A DNA stretch of 60,487 nt, the filler included, from Diploschistes diacapsis (Eukaryota): the NCBI GenBank assembly GCA_023645945.1. It is 9 parts of 9 records of this genome, joined end to end, with 100 filler letters (N's around TTAATTAATTAA, not from the genome) between each part and the next. Parts side by side here need not be neighbours in the genome. Positions count along the whole stretch, not along the records: positions 33,778 to 40,385 come from JALAIB010001367.1; positions 40,486 to 47,093 come from JALAIB010001368.1; positions 47,194 to 53,793 come from JALAIB010001369.1; 6 more parts are not named here. One strand, given 5' to 3'. The notes beneath the pieces were generated by a model. It searched no databases. It was given only the letters and a program-made list of their open reading frames with translations, and was not told the DNA's origin. Position 1 is the stretch's first letter. The number at the start of each line of letters is the position of its first letter. The translations under genes and the position numbers were made by a program. Positions 37,002 to 48,605 of this stretch are shown here, piece after piece.

Positions 37002-38411
37002 TCATTGAGTAGTGACTTTGTCAGGCTCGTCGACCTCAATATCCTCGTTGTTAGCAATGTTGTTATCCATCCCGTCATCACTCAGATCCTCGCTTAGCCA
37101 CTCATCCTCCTCATAATCATCTTCTCCTTCTTTTTGATCCTTCCCACCCTTCTGCTGCCTCTTTCGCTCAATATTCTCTTTCTGAATCCGCTTCCTCTCC
37201 TCTTTCTCTTTCTTTCTCTTCTCCCAGGCTTGGTCCATTTCCTTCACCTCTTCCCTGCTTTTGTTCACGTACTCGTGCCACATCACCTTTCCATTACACA
37301 CACCTTCTTCGACTTTGGTCATCCTCAGTTTCATTCTCGGACCCAACTCGGTCAACTTTACTGCCCGCTTTTCTACCACAGATTTGGCAGGTCTGGATGG
37401 CTGCTGACCGCTGCGCTCCAGAGCTTCACGCTTCCTCTTACTCAACACTTTCCGTGCAGAAGTCTCTAGCACCTCGACCTCAGCGTCGGTTTCTGCTTCA
37501 CTCTCGCTCCCCGATGTGAATCCACCGGCGGCTGCAGAGGGATCAAGGATGTAATCTGCGACATCCTCAAGTTTTCCGAGGTTAGGCAGTACTTGCCTGT
37601 TTTTCCTTTGGTTCAGCATCTTCTCGGCTGCATTAATCCGTCGGATGCTCTTGGGTAGGCCAGTTCTTTTGGTGGTGATGACATAGTGTCGCACATTGAT
37701 CGTGTAGGATCCTGAGTCGGGCCGTTCTCTACCATCTGCATTCTGCATAGGAGGCTCACGGTTCAAGAGCAGGACTCTTCGGATAGAAGATAACGGAGTG
37801 GTTTGTGGTGAGATGGCAGGGAATAGAGATTGAAAGACACTGGTTGTCAATGTCTCTAGGTGTTTCGGTACCGCAGGCTCTGTACCATCAGCTGGCGTGG
37901 GTGACATGAAGTTGTTCATGACGAGGAGTGGGGGATTCTGATACTCCTTTCCGCCGCTCTTTGGATGCTTCATGGCTTTCATGACATCCTTGGCGAGCGA
38001 GTACTTTTCTACACGAAAGTGCAAAGTTGGTCCTCTAGGCGTCAGCGCGATTCTGAGATTGGTATTTCCGGTGCTAGAACGAGAGAAGAGCAGCAAGTGC
38101 GATACGCCCAGAGGTCCAGCCATTGTAGTATAATCCCTCAATCGATTGGATTTTCGTTCCTTGACACTTTAGCGCCGAAGCTGCCTTGATACGAGTGTTC
38201 TAAATACCTTGAGCTTAACAGCAGTCTCCGGTTCCATCATCGAACGAACATCTTTTACTAGTTGACTGACACTTGGTCCTACCTCACCAGCTCCAATACG
38301 GATGACCATGCTCTTCGGTGTTTTCTGCGCCGATGAATTTATAGTGGCACCCTTCCCAGTGCCATTTGGCACAGACGCGTGCGTTCTATGTCTGACTCTT
38401 TGCCTAGGCAT
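37002..38411 (-). CDS. SSF1: Brix-domain ribosome biogenesis protein Ssf1/Peter Pan; intron 38160-38207
   Basis: PKSMVIRIG..SQLVKDVRSMMEP.TA..LK|ERKSNRLRDY..MAGPLGVSH, PRGPTLHF, LTELGPRMKL. Confidence 0.95.
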
Positions 38412-38468
38412 ATTTGGGTTCTTCTCGTAAATGAAGAGTAGTCGTTGCAAAGGAGTACTAATATGTAA

Positions 38469-38477
38469 GAAAATTTT
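38469..38477. promoter_or_regulatory. RRPE element (GAAAATTTT) in the 198-bp SSF1/RRP3 bidirectional promoter
   Basis: Matches the RRPE consensus and lies between two ribosome-biogenesis genes. Confidence 0.55.
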
Positions 38478-38609
38478 GGTTACTAGCCGACAGACTGGAC
38501 AGCCAATCGGAGAAGATCCGGTTAATTCTATATCGGCTTGTGCGCATTCGCTGAACTTTTCTCGATACCGCAACCACTTAAACAACCCACGCATGCCTTG
38601 TTAACAGAT

Positions 38610-40385
38610 ATGCCACCTTTAAAGCGGAGGAAGCTGAACAGCCAAACAGAAAGAAAAGAAGTCACTGCTGAAAAGCGAATTAGGGTTGCGCCAGCGTCCG
38701 TCGAGAATGACAATCCTTCCGAGGAAGCCCATACGCTTTCTGCCTCCGATGCGGAGCCATCAGTGGACGAGATTGAAGAGCAGCCCCAGACAGGCACCGA
38801 AAAATCAGCACCGAAGACTTTCAAAGACCTGGGCGTAATTGAGGAGCTTTGCGATGCCTGCGAAAGACTTGGATACGAAATACCAACTCCTATACAGAGC
38901 GAGGCGATTCCGGTAGCTTTGGAAGGGAAAGACCTCATTGGACTTGCAGAGACTGGAAGTATTACTCGCCTTTAATCGACGACAAGAGCTTTTATTTATC
39001 TAATTCTCTATATTAGGCGGCAAGACTGCGGCCTATGCCTTGCCTATACTTCAAGGTATACGAACAACTCCCTATTTCGCCTACAGGTTGCACATCTGAT
39101 ACACTTACATAGCCCTAATGGACAAGCCCCAACCTCTCTTTTCTTTGGTTCTCGCGCCAACCAGGTAAATAACCCCATGCAAGTATAGCGGGATGAGACT
39201 AAATGGTAGCAAGAGAACTCGCATTCCAGATTTCGAAAGCAATAGAAGCCCTCGGCTCCCTTATCGCTGTCAAGTGCGCCGTTTTGGTTGGGGGCATGGA
39301 CATGGTCCCGCAAGCCATCTCTTTGAGCAAAAAACCGTGAGTCGTGTAGGTTTCTCGAGGAGGTCATCCTCATTGCCATCTAGGCATATTATTGTCGCTA
39401 CGCCAGGCCGTCTGCTCGACCATCTTGAGAACACCAGAGGCTTCCATCTCCGCAATCTGGTAAGACAGTTCTATCGCCAGAAACCAAGCTGCTAACGTAA
39501 TTTCCTCAGAAATATCTTGTTCTGGATGAGGCCGACCGTCTTCTAGATCTTGACTTTGGCGCCATCCTCGATAAGATATTGAAGAACATACCCGGAAACC
39601 CGCCGAGACGAACAATGCTGTAAGAGACAGGCTTGAAGTTTTCTGGCAATCTCGCTGAGTTCTTACAGGTTCTCGGCCACAATGACGTCCAAAGTACAGA
39701 GCCTCCAACGAGCTTCCCTGAAAAACCCTGTCCGCATTTCCGTGTCTTCCGACATGTCGCCTTCCTTTAACGGCCCAAACTCCACCTCCTCAATGTCCCG
39801 CCCGCCACCGAATCTCCTCCAATCATACCTCTTCATCCCCCACAAACTCAAAGACCACTACCTCGTCCACCTGCTCACCCTCTCCCCCCTCACCAACCTA
39901 AGCGCCATCGTCTTCGCTCGCACCATCAACACCACCCAACGCCTGTCCCTCCTCCTGCGCGCCCTCGGCCTCTCCGCGATCCCGCTCCACGGTAAATCCA
40001 TCACCTCCCCTTCTCCTCTCATTTCCTCTTCTCCGCCCCCCTACTAATACAAAACCCCCTCCAAACAGGCGGCCTCTCCCAATCCACCCGCCTCTCCTCC
40101 CTTTCTAAATTCACCACGCGCGCGCGCAGCATCCTGGTCGCGACGGACGTGGCCTCGCGCGGCCTCGACATCCGGTCCGTCGACTGCGTGCTGAACTACG
40201 ACCTGCCCGGTGACAGCGCAACGTACGTGCACCGGGTGGGCCGGACCGCGCGCGCGGGCAAGGGCGGGCGCGCGGTCAGTCTGGTGACGCAGTACGATAT
40301 CGAGGTGTTTACGCGCATCGAGAAGGCACTGGGCACGAAACTGCCGGAGTTCGAGGGCGGGGTGGGGCGCGAGGAGGTGCTGGGG
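38610..40385 (+). CDS. RRP3: DEAD-box RNA helicase Rrp3, 7 introns, 3' end truncated by the contig end
   Basis: Q motif [60 protein letters not shown]; divergent from SSF1. Confidence 0.92.
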
Positions 40386-40811
40386 NNNNNNNNNNNNNNN
40401 NNNNNNNNNNNNNNNNNNNNNNNNNNNNNTTAATTAATTAANNNNNNNNNNNNNNNNNNNNNNNNNNNNNNNNNNNNNNNNNNNNGGAAAGGGGGAGATG
40501 AAGATGGGATGGGATGGGGGATTTAGTGGATGTGAGTTTCCATTTGTGTATGGTTTGGTTGCTGTTTTCCAAAGGTCGTCTGCTAGCTGTCTAACGTATG
40601 GAATAAACAAAAATCTACCTGAAGCAGCTGCTGTTGCTTTGCTAAGTTTTCCGAATCAACATCAACCGAGACGGAAACAAAAACAGAGGTCATCATCGTC
40701 GTAATTCGTCCCACACAAGGACATCCATCACGGCCACCTTCTATCCAAAAAGGATACCTTGCAATTCATTATCCAAGACCATCTTCAGAAGACAGCCCCC
40801 CCTCAGCCCTC

Positions 40812-43800
40812 CTACTGCTGCGGCTGCTTCTTCAATCCCCACCCCTCCATCCACTCCGCCACCCAGCTCGCCTTGACCCCCTCCAAGCTCCGCATTGTCT
40901 CGCTCCCCCGCAGCGCCTTATCTACCTGCATCATTACCCCTGCCCCTTCTTCACCCGCGCCTTCCGCCATCCCGCGGTAAAATTCCAGCAGCTTCGTCCC
41001 CGGGTTCCTCACCGTATCCTGCTGCCCGTCCGCCTCGGTACTGTGCTCCAGCGCCTCGAACCACTCCGCGAACGGCACCACCTTCGTGTCGCTCGGCAGG
41101 TGCTCGAGCAATGCGGGCACGAGGTCCGAGTACGGCACGGCGGTCGGGTTCGACAGGTTGTACACCCTTAGGGTCCCGCGCGGGTCCTGCACCATTTGGA
41201 CCGATAGCTCCACCAGCGTGTCCGCCAGCGCGTCGACGGGAAACCAGTCGATTGCCGAGTCGGCCTCCACGCCGGCGCCCGAGGACGCGGACATGGAGCC
41301 GAGCGAGGAAGGCAGGAGCTTGAGGTATGCAGACGAGATGGCTATGGAGGGGAACCACTCCTGCCTGTTCCAGACGCCGCCCTTCTTGGTCACGGGCCCG
41401 GCCACCTGGCCCACGCGGCAGATTGCGGCGCGCACGCCGGAATTGGCGGCCCCGAGCTCGAGGAGGCGCTCGGAGACGTGCTTCGACTCGGCATAGCCCA
41501 TGGAGTAAGGGACGCGCATGTCGTGTATGGGCTCCTCGGGCGCTTTGGGTGAGCCCGGGTACAGGGCCGCCCAGTTGCCGACCGTTGAAACGGTGGAGGT
41601 GAAGATGATGGGTGGATTCTTCGAACCGGACGCGGCCAGGTCCACGAGGTTGCAAACACCCTGGACGTGTGGAGTGAAGGAGCTGGTGGCTAGGTTGAAG
41701 TCCACTTGCCATTGGTTGTGGATGATGAGAGAGGCGGAGGACTTGAGGACCGCAAGGTCGGACGAAGAAAGACCAAGCGTGGGCTGGCTGAGGTCTGTGT
41801 GGAAGAAGGTCACGCGGTCGCCGAAATCTGACGGAAGAGAGCGAGAGGCGTTGGCTTTGACCTGGCGGCTGTGGCCGTCTTGAGCTCGGTTGAGGCAGTA
41901 CACGTGCGCGACTCTGTCGGATTGGAGGAGCGAATCAAGAAGATAAGAGCCCAAGGAGCCAGTACTTCCGGTCAAGACCACCGTCACTCTCTCTCCTCCC
42001 GGTGAGTGCCCTTCAGCACGTTCTGGAAGACTTGCAGAATATTTGTGCAGCATGTCCTCCATAGCCCGCAGACGGGCATTCTCTTCCGAAGCTGCGTCCG
42101 AAGGCCCGGAGGCCAAAGTCTGCAACGCCTTGGCGAGCTGGTTTGCTGTGGGGTTGGAGTAGATCAGAGTGGGCGTGATCTTCTTCGATGGAAACGCAAC
42201 CTTCTCAAATTCCGCCTGCGCCCTGAGCTGGCGAACAGCGGCCATCACACCCTGAGAGTCGAATCCTGCAACGAAGATGTCCTGATCTGGCTTGATATCC
42301 TGCAGATCGGAGACCCGACCGAAGGCATCCAAGAGTGCTTTTGCCGTATCCGCTTCGTTTGCATCCTTTAGTAATGGAAAGCTGAATGACTCGGCGTTGC
42401 CTGACCCTGCATAGACGGCTTCAATCTCTTTGTCGTAAGCGGCAACCGTTCTGTTGCGGATCGGGGTCCCCTTAGGAGCTCGCACAATAGGCCTGTCTGG
42501 CGTCATAAGAATAACGTGGTCCCTGGAGAGCCTTGCGAATTTTGGGACGTTTTCGTTGGTGTGTTTCAGGACGGACGACAGCCTCCTCAATATCTCTTCC
42601 CTTGGTAGATCCTGCACCTCCGGCACCAGCTCAATAAGTGCAGCAACTTCAAAGTGCGCGTGGCCAATGAGAAGGGCGTCATGCACTTCTCGAGCTTCTT
42701 TCAGCATCTCTTCGATGAATCCCGGCACAACCTTTTCGCCGTTGCTGAGAACGAGAACGTCATCCGTGCGTCCATTGATTTTCCAATGATATGGCTTGGT
42801 TGGGTGTTTCGAATACAGGTCCTTGGTAGCGTACTCGGAGGCTTCCGGAAATGAAGCGAATGCGAAGTGAAATCTGTCGGTTGATTCATGGCGCACGATA
42901 ACGAGCTCGTAGAGACCGTTACCCGCTTCGCGGAATTCTAAGCCCTTGAGGTCGGGATGGAAAAGGAAATAGTCGAAATCCTCGGAGGCTCGATCGTAAA
43001 ATGGATACATTCCAACTTCGGTGCTCCCGAGGATGGATCCTAAGGTAGTGTGCTGACGGATGCTTTCTCCTGCTTCGTGGGCCAACGGTCCTCCTCCATA
43101 CCAGATAGCTTTTACAGCATCTAGTTTTGATAGGTTTTCAGGTTCCGCAGCCAATTCTTCGAGTAACGAAGGGGGCACACTCATCGTGTCAAAGCGGACG
43201 TGCTTCAAGGCGTCAAGAATGAGCGGGAGGTTGATAAGAGCACCCGCAGGAGGTAGAAGAAGTGGTCGCCCATAGAAGACACAGCCTGGGTAATGGAGCA
43301 AGCCGGCAGCGGCATGGAATGGCGGGAAAAGGCACAGTTCGAGGGACGAGTCTGTCAATATGGATACGAACGGAGTGAATCCGGGACCGCGAGGAAGCGT
43401 GTGAGCCACGTCCAGGGCAGCATGCGCGCTCTGAGTCCAGGCAATGGTCTTTGGCGGCCCAGTCGAGCCAGAAGAGTGTAGGATCAATACAGGGTCATCT
43501 TTGGCTTCATCAAAAGATTTTTGGTACGGATACGGAGGAACGTCTTCGCCAACGTCCAGGAATTCGAAGACGGTGGGAACAACCACGTGCCGCATCTTGC
43601 GTTCCGCCAAGATGTGCCCGATGTCGACACCGGAATCCGTGAAGAACACATTGCAGTCCGTCATTTTGAGGACGTGAAGATAATGGCTCAAGCTGTTCCT
43701 GGAGGAAGGGAGTAAAGGCTTGAACGAAGCTTTTGTCGCAGCTATCGCCAAAACGTTGTATCGAACGTCGAGAGGGCCCAAGTAGGCAATGGTAGGGAAA

Positions 43801-44030
43801 TTGGGGCCTCCGCTACCGACCGTGCGCTTCAACCACCATGCCGCCTTGTCAATGGCGCGGGCGAAGTCGTGGTAGGTGACATCACGGAGCTCGGATGAGA
43901 AATCTGAGCCGGTTGGGAATCTAACGTAAAGCTTGGTGGGATCATCCTTTGCGATTTGGTCAATCACCGAAACGAGCAAGCGACGACCGTAGGGGGTGCT
44001 GTCCTCTTGCGGGGCGGTATGCGAAGTCAT
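40812..44030 (-). CDS. NRPS-like carboxylic acid reductase (A-T-R), intronless, about 1072 aa
   Basis: YGRRLL N-terminus; A-domain motifs LHSSGSTGPPK, GSTE, TKDLY, GRTDD, PKG; PCP motif GFDS; reductase VLTGSTGSLG and YAESK. Confidence 0.93.
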   Translation of the reverse strand: MTSHTAPQEDSTPYGRRLLVSVIDQIAKDDPTKLYVRFPTGSDFSSELRDVTYHDFARAIDKAAWWLKRTVGSGGPNFPTIAYLGPLDVRYNVLAIAATKASFKPLLPSSRNSLSHYLHVLKMTDCNVFFTDSGVDIGHILAERKMRHVVVPTVFEFLDVGEDVPPYPYQKSFDEAKDDPVLILHSSGSTGPPKTIAWTQSAHAALDVAHTLPRGPGFTPFVSILTDSSLELCLFPPFHAAAGLLHYPGCVFYGRPLLLPPAGALINLPLILDALKHVRFDTMSVPPSLLEELAAEPENLSKLDAVKAIWYGGGPLAHEAGESIRQHTTLGSILGSTEVGMYPFYDRASEDFDYFLFHPDLKGLEFREAGNGLYELVIVRHESTDRFHFAFASFPEASEYATKDLYSKHPTKPYHWKINGRTDDVLVLSNGEKVVPGFIEEMLKEAREVHDALLIGHAHFEVAALIELVPEVQDLPREEILRRLSSVLKHTNENVPKFARLSRDHVILMTPDRPIVRAPKGTPIRNRTVAAYDKEIEAVYAGSGNAESFSFPLLKDANEADTAKALLDAFGRVSDLQDIKPDQDIFVAGFDSQGVMAAVRQLRAQAEFEKVAFPSKKITPTLIYSNPTANQLAKALQTLASGPSDAASEENARLRAMEDMLHKYSASLPERAEGHSPGGERVTVVLTGSTGSLGSYLLDSLLQSDRVAHVYCLNRAQDGHSRQVKANASRSLPSDFGDRVTFFHTDLSQPTLGLSSSDLAVLKSSASLIIHNQWQVDFNLATSSFTPHVQGVCNLVDLAASGSKNPPIIFTSTVSTVGNWAALYPGSPKAPEEPIHDMRVPYSMGYAESKHVSERLLELGAANSGVRAAICRVGQVAGPVTKKGGVWNRQEWFPSIAISSAYLKLLPSSLGSMSASSGAGVEADSAIDWFPVDALADTLVELSVQMVQDPRGTLRVYNLSNPTAVPYSDLVPALLEHLPSDTKVVPFAEWFEALEHSTEADGQQDTVRNPGTKLLEFYRGMAEGAGEEGAGVMMQVDKALRGSETMRSLEGVKASWVAEWMEGWGLKKQPQQ

Positions 44031-44687
44031 GACTGGGGACGAAAGAGAAAGAAAAGGACGTTGAAAGGGGAGAGTCAGTTGCTTAAAAATTGGAGGTGTG
44101 AATAGCTTGAATGAAATGCTCAAAGCGGTATTGGGGATTAAGAAACAATCTTGGAATTGTGCATAGCGAAGCAAAGTAACGAGGTCGACGGTGCCCTTTA
44201 TATTCGCACATACAATGCTTGATGCTGAAAGGCCTCATCCAGAGACAGACCTCCAGCAGAAATAAATGTAGGTCTCACGGCCGCCATATCCGATGGGATG
44301 GAGGTTGACGTGCGTCTGACAGCACATGTAGGAAGAATAAAGTAGTATAGGTGTATGTATGTGCATCTTCCTAGCGGGTGCACAAAAGCAAACAGCCATG
44401 TTTAGGTACACCAGATTCGCTGTTAACTGCACACAGTATAGAGGTACTATGGTTAGGTTAGCAGTATGTTCCTGACTTGGGGTGGAGCCGATTGGACCAG
44501 TTTGATGTGCTGACTTTTCACCCTCGGACATTTGATGTGAACTGACACATGGCGAAGATCTACTTCCGATATCCAGATACCAGATGCTAGATACCAGCTA
44601 CTAACTTACACTACGAGGCATCTTAATCATCATCAACATCATCTTCATCGCAGGCCAGCCAGTCGGGAAACTCGGCATCCTTCCCTG

Positions 44688-44712
44688 CGTCACGTCACGT
44701 CACGTCACGTCA
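44688..44712. repeat. (CGTCA)5 pentanucleotide array
   Basis: cgtcacgtcacgtcacgtcacgtca read directly from the sequence. Confidence 0.9.
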
Positions 44713-45008
44713 TGCTTAAGCACGGCCTCGATAAAACTCTGAGCGCTAAAAACACATCTTCAAACACCGCATTCTGCAAATTGATCACAATGCCCCCCAT
44801 TTTATACCCGACCTCAGCCCCCCGTATATACGTCCCCTATCATCCGGCCGCTTACGTAGTGCGGCCCCATGCCGGCTTTCCAGTTGGGGAGGAATCGAGG
44901 TGAGTGCGGAATTGGAACGTGGTGCGGAACGGAACAGGGATTTCGAGTTCGATTACAAGGACACAAAGCCCGATGACTGTCCAATTGTTTCTCCCAGCAC
45001 GGTGTATC

Positions 45009-46384
45009 CTAGCCGAGCTCTGTGAGCCCAAGACCGCCCTCGCCCTTGGTCAAGAGTTCTATCGCCCGCTCCAGGTCCGCTTCGTCGACGATCACTGCAG
45101 CTCCCCTGGCAGTCGAAAGATATCGCATCTCGACTGGGTCCGTCGTTCCATCGGTATGTACAAGCCTTCCGGAAACGCCGCAGACGATACCAGTGGCTTC
45201 GAGCGGAAGCGGATCCAGATTCAAAGTTATTGGGATGAGGTAGTCGTCTCTGGCCCCGAGAAGGATCGAATGGTGGTTCGGGCCAAATAATGACAGTGAT
45301 TCACTGGCTATCAGAAGTGATGGATCCTCAGATCCTGTTATCGTTAGGCTGAAGATCGGTGGTGGATGAACAAGGCATCGCGTGATGCCTATTTGCAGTT
45401 CGTTCAGGTCGGCCTGGTTACTCCGGCCCGCCAGATGCAGTAGCTTGAGGTTACGATGGACCTCGGGACATATTTCTCGTTGGGAGAGAAGCGAAAACGT
45501 TCGCGCTTGAAGCTCGGGAATCGACGCGGGAGGCGGTGTCGAGGGCGAGTTCAGAATTTGGGACTGCGACGACGAAGCCGATCCGTTGCGGCCATGAGAT
45601 GCTGACACGTTGACATAGGCGTGAGAAGACGCCGAAAAGCAGAACCCCCGGTGCTCCAGGGCATTGATGACGGAGGCGCGTGACTTTAGGGGAACGAGGA
45701 TGTAGTCAGAAAAATAGGTGGTAAAAAAGAATATTGATCTGGGCGCGGCGCTAATCAGATACTCGATTCCCATTAAGTGGCTACAACCCGGAGCGAAGAG
45801 AGCGTATAGTCTCCGCTTCGAATGAATACCAAAGGGATCTTCGAACTCACATGCCGGCCATTGCCAATGGGCTTGTCAATTCCAACACCCTTTGTCCAGC
45901 CTCCAAGCCTTCGCCCTCGACCGAGATGGCCACAAAGTCCTCTGGCGAAATCGATGCTTGGTCGGTTTTGGGTACCGTAGATGTCAGTGGTACAAAGTAA
46001 CTGTGTGCCATGGTCTTAGAACAGACGATAGAACATTCCGATGGTGTCATCGAAATATTGAGGAAAGGGTGTGCGTTAGTCCAAGGTCCAGATTCATTGA
46101 AATGTCCATTCGAGGGATCCTGGTAATCGCTACGTTCTCCCTGTGTACCTCTGACGGCCGCATATGGAGCATGGTACAGAAGCTGAAGAATTGGTTGGAT
46201 GTAGATCTGGTATGATCTAAGGGGCACGTGTATGAGGCTCAAGTGGTCATCCTAGTCCCGACTCTGCTTTAGTACCCTGCGTTCGAGGAACATTTTGCAG
46301 AAACCGATTGCCTGCTTGCTTTCTACTACTTACAATGAAATTTATCTGCGCTGTCATGAGTGTCCTACTTGCAGACTGCTCCAT
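45009..46384 (-). CDS. CASTOR/GATS-like ACT-domain protein, 2 introns
   Basis: LSLIHVP, FLNISMTPSECSIVC, GQRVLELTSPLAMAGI|SIFFFTTYFSDYILVP, FSLTIT..EDPSLL, TGIVCGVSGRL, YLSTARGAAVIV. Confidence 0.85.
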
Positions 46385-47035
46385 TTGCGAGCGTAGGAAA
46401 AGGATGGGCAGATGAATAGGGCGCTTCAACCTAACAAATTCTAGAAAGCTTGCGTAGCAAAGCTGAACCGCAAAGAGAGCGCAGATTTTGACAGCCAAGA
46501 GGAGAAGAAGAGTCCGAGACGATATGAGGGTGATGTATGTGTGGTAAAGAACAGGAGAGAAGCAGATTAATCGAAGTTATAGAAGATTCGGCAGGGTACT
46601 CGATAAGAATATTCAAGAGCGACGACGAAACGAGAGTGATGAGTGTACGGGCCAACGATGCCCGCTTCGGCCCAGAACTCTGCAACGCACAAACATCCGA
46701 TCCAAATTGCATTTGGTTCTACTTTTAATTGAAGTAGTGATTCCTGCTTGATCGGTGGAACGGGTTCCTTGTGTGGGCGCCTTTGTGGAGTTGTCAGACG
46801 GTACTCGGTATGTCGAAGAGAAGTGCGAAAAAGTGATCCAAGGTACTGTAGCAGCTAAAGGCTAGTTGAAAGCAGAGGATCGGAAATAACTCAGTATAAT
46901 GACCTGTGTGCGTATGTCAGTGGCTTTACAGGATCAAAAGAGAGAGTGGATACTTGGATATGCATGGGATGGGGATGGGGATGGGGATGAGTTGAAGGAG
47001 GCCGGAAGCCTCGTGCGTGGGGGCTACGATACCCC

Positions 47036-47093
47036 CATACATACATACATACATACATACATACATACATACATACATACATACATACATACA
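47036..47093. repeat. (CATA)n microsatellite at the contig end
   Basis: About 14 perfect CATA units running into the gap. Confidence 0.95.
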
Positions 47094-47193
47094 NNNNNNN
47101 NNNNNNNNNNNNNNNNNNNNNNNNNNNNNNNNNNNNNTTAATTAATTAANNNNNNNNNNNNNNNNNNNNNNNNNNNNNNNNNNNNNNNNNNNN

Positions 47194-48356
47194 GTTGGGT
47201 TGGGTGGGGTTGTTTGGTTGCGATGGTTGCTGTTGTGGCTGTTGTGTTGTTGTGCTCGGCTTCGTCGGCGGAAGATGCGGCGGAGGAGGAGTGCGAGGAG
47301 AGGAGAAGGTCGCCGTATTCGCCCTCGTCGATGTCGATTTTCTTTGCCTCCCTTTGCCACGGCGTTGGTATCTCTTTTTCCCTCTCCCGCCGCTCTCGGC
47401 ACTCATTCTTCCATATCTCGGGGAACTCGTTCGAGCTCTTCGTTCCGCCGTCTGCGAAGATGGCGCGCACTATACGCCTCTCCCCCCCCTTCGCGGCCGC
47501 GTACCTGGCCAGCAAGCTCTCTTTCCTCCTGTCTTCACCGCCTGCTTCCGCGTCCTCCGCTTCCGCCAGCGCCCAGTCGTCCTCGAGAACGCCCACCATG
47601 AAGTCGAGCCACAGCTTCCATCGTTCCCATCTCTTCGGGTGCGCGACCGCACAGTTGAACGCCCACCCCACCACGCCCCAGAAATCCTCGGCACGCACAA
47701 GGACCGAGTCATTCTGCGCTAGCTCTGAATGGATCTCTTCTCCTGCTTCTTTTCCTGTTTCTGGTGGCGAATCGGTCTGCCTCCTCCTTGCTATCCCGGT
47801 CCCCGAGCGGCGTGGCGCCAAGCCTGTATCTCCGAACGCGAAAGCTTCCGATAGCCGCGCCGCCTTAGGTCCGATGGTTTTCAGCGCAGTGGCGAGATAT
47901 TGTAGTGCGAGGTTTGATGAACTCAGGCGATCTGCTGTTTTGGCGCGCGTAGTGTACGAAGGGTGGATGGAGAGGGTGAGGAGAAGGGCAAGGTGCGGGG
48001 GTGGAGCGGTGAAGGCGGGATGGTTTGAAGCGGAGCCGGAGATAAGGAGAGATTGGAGGAGAGGGAGGGCTTGAGAATCTGTTGTTAGACCCGATGAGAA
48101 CGCATTACACTCGTAGCATGGAAGGGCAAATTATACGTAAGTCCTCCTCGAAATATATCGCGATTTGCTCACGGAGCTCGAAGGGAAGCGGCCGCGCAGC
48201 TCGGTAATGGGGTACTGGCGGTAGCGACCGAGCGCTGGAAGAGAATGGGCATGCAGTGGCTTGCGAAGAGGGACCACGAGCAGTGTTAGGAGTTGATTGA
48301 TAAGATGACATCTTTTGCGCTGTGTGGAAAGAGTCAGTAGATGACGATCGAGCCAT
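47194..48356 (-). CDS. Conserved-looking hypothetical protein, possibly Nse5-like Smc5/6 subunit; one intron; 3' end truncated
   Basis: PLPFELREQIAIYFEE.L|HSQALPLLQSLLISG...PPPHLALLLTLSIHP...FWGVVGWAFNC..RWERWKLWLDFMVGVLEDDW; intron GTATAA..CTAAC..CAG at about 48078-48136. Confidence 0.7.
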
Positions 48357-48605
48357 GGTGAGGTTGAAGGTTGTCGGATACACATAGGGTCGCGTTCAGG
48401 ACGCGTGAATCGCGAAATCACGAGTCTGGATTCAAACTTCTGCTATTCTTATCACTATTTAACACCCTCCTTTTTTAAGCGCCGAGAGTGCGTCGATTGC
48501 GTTCAAGTTCATCAAGGTTTTCATTTCAACATTTTTCCTTACATGATCTTTGAAGGGATTACAAGACATTTTACGTCCACACAGCTATAAGCTTTAGTAA
48601 GAGGC

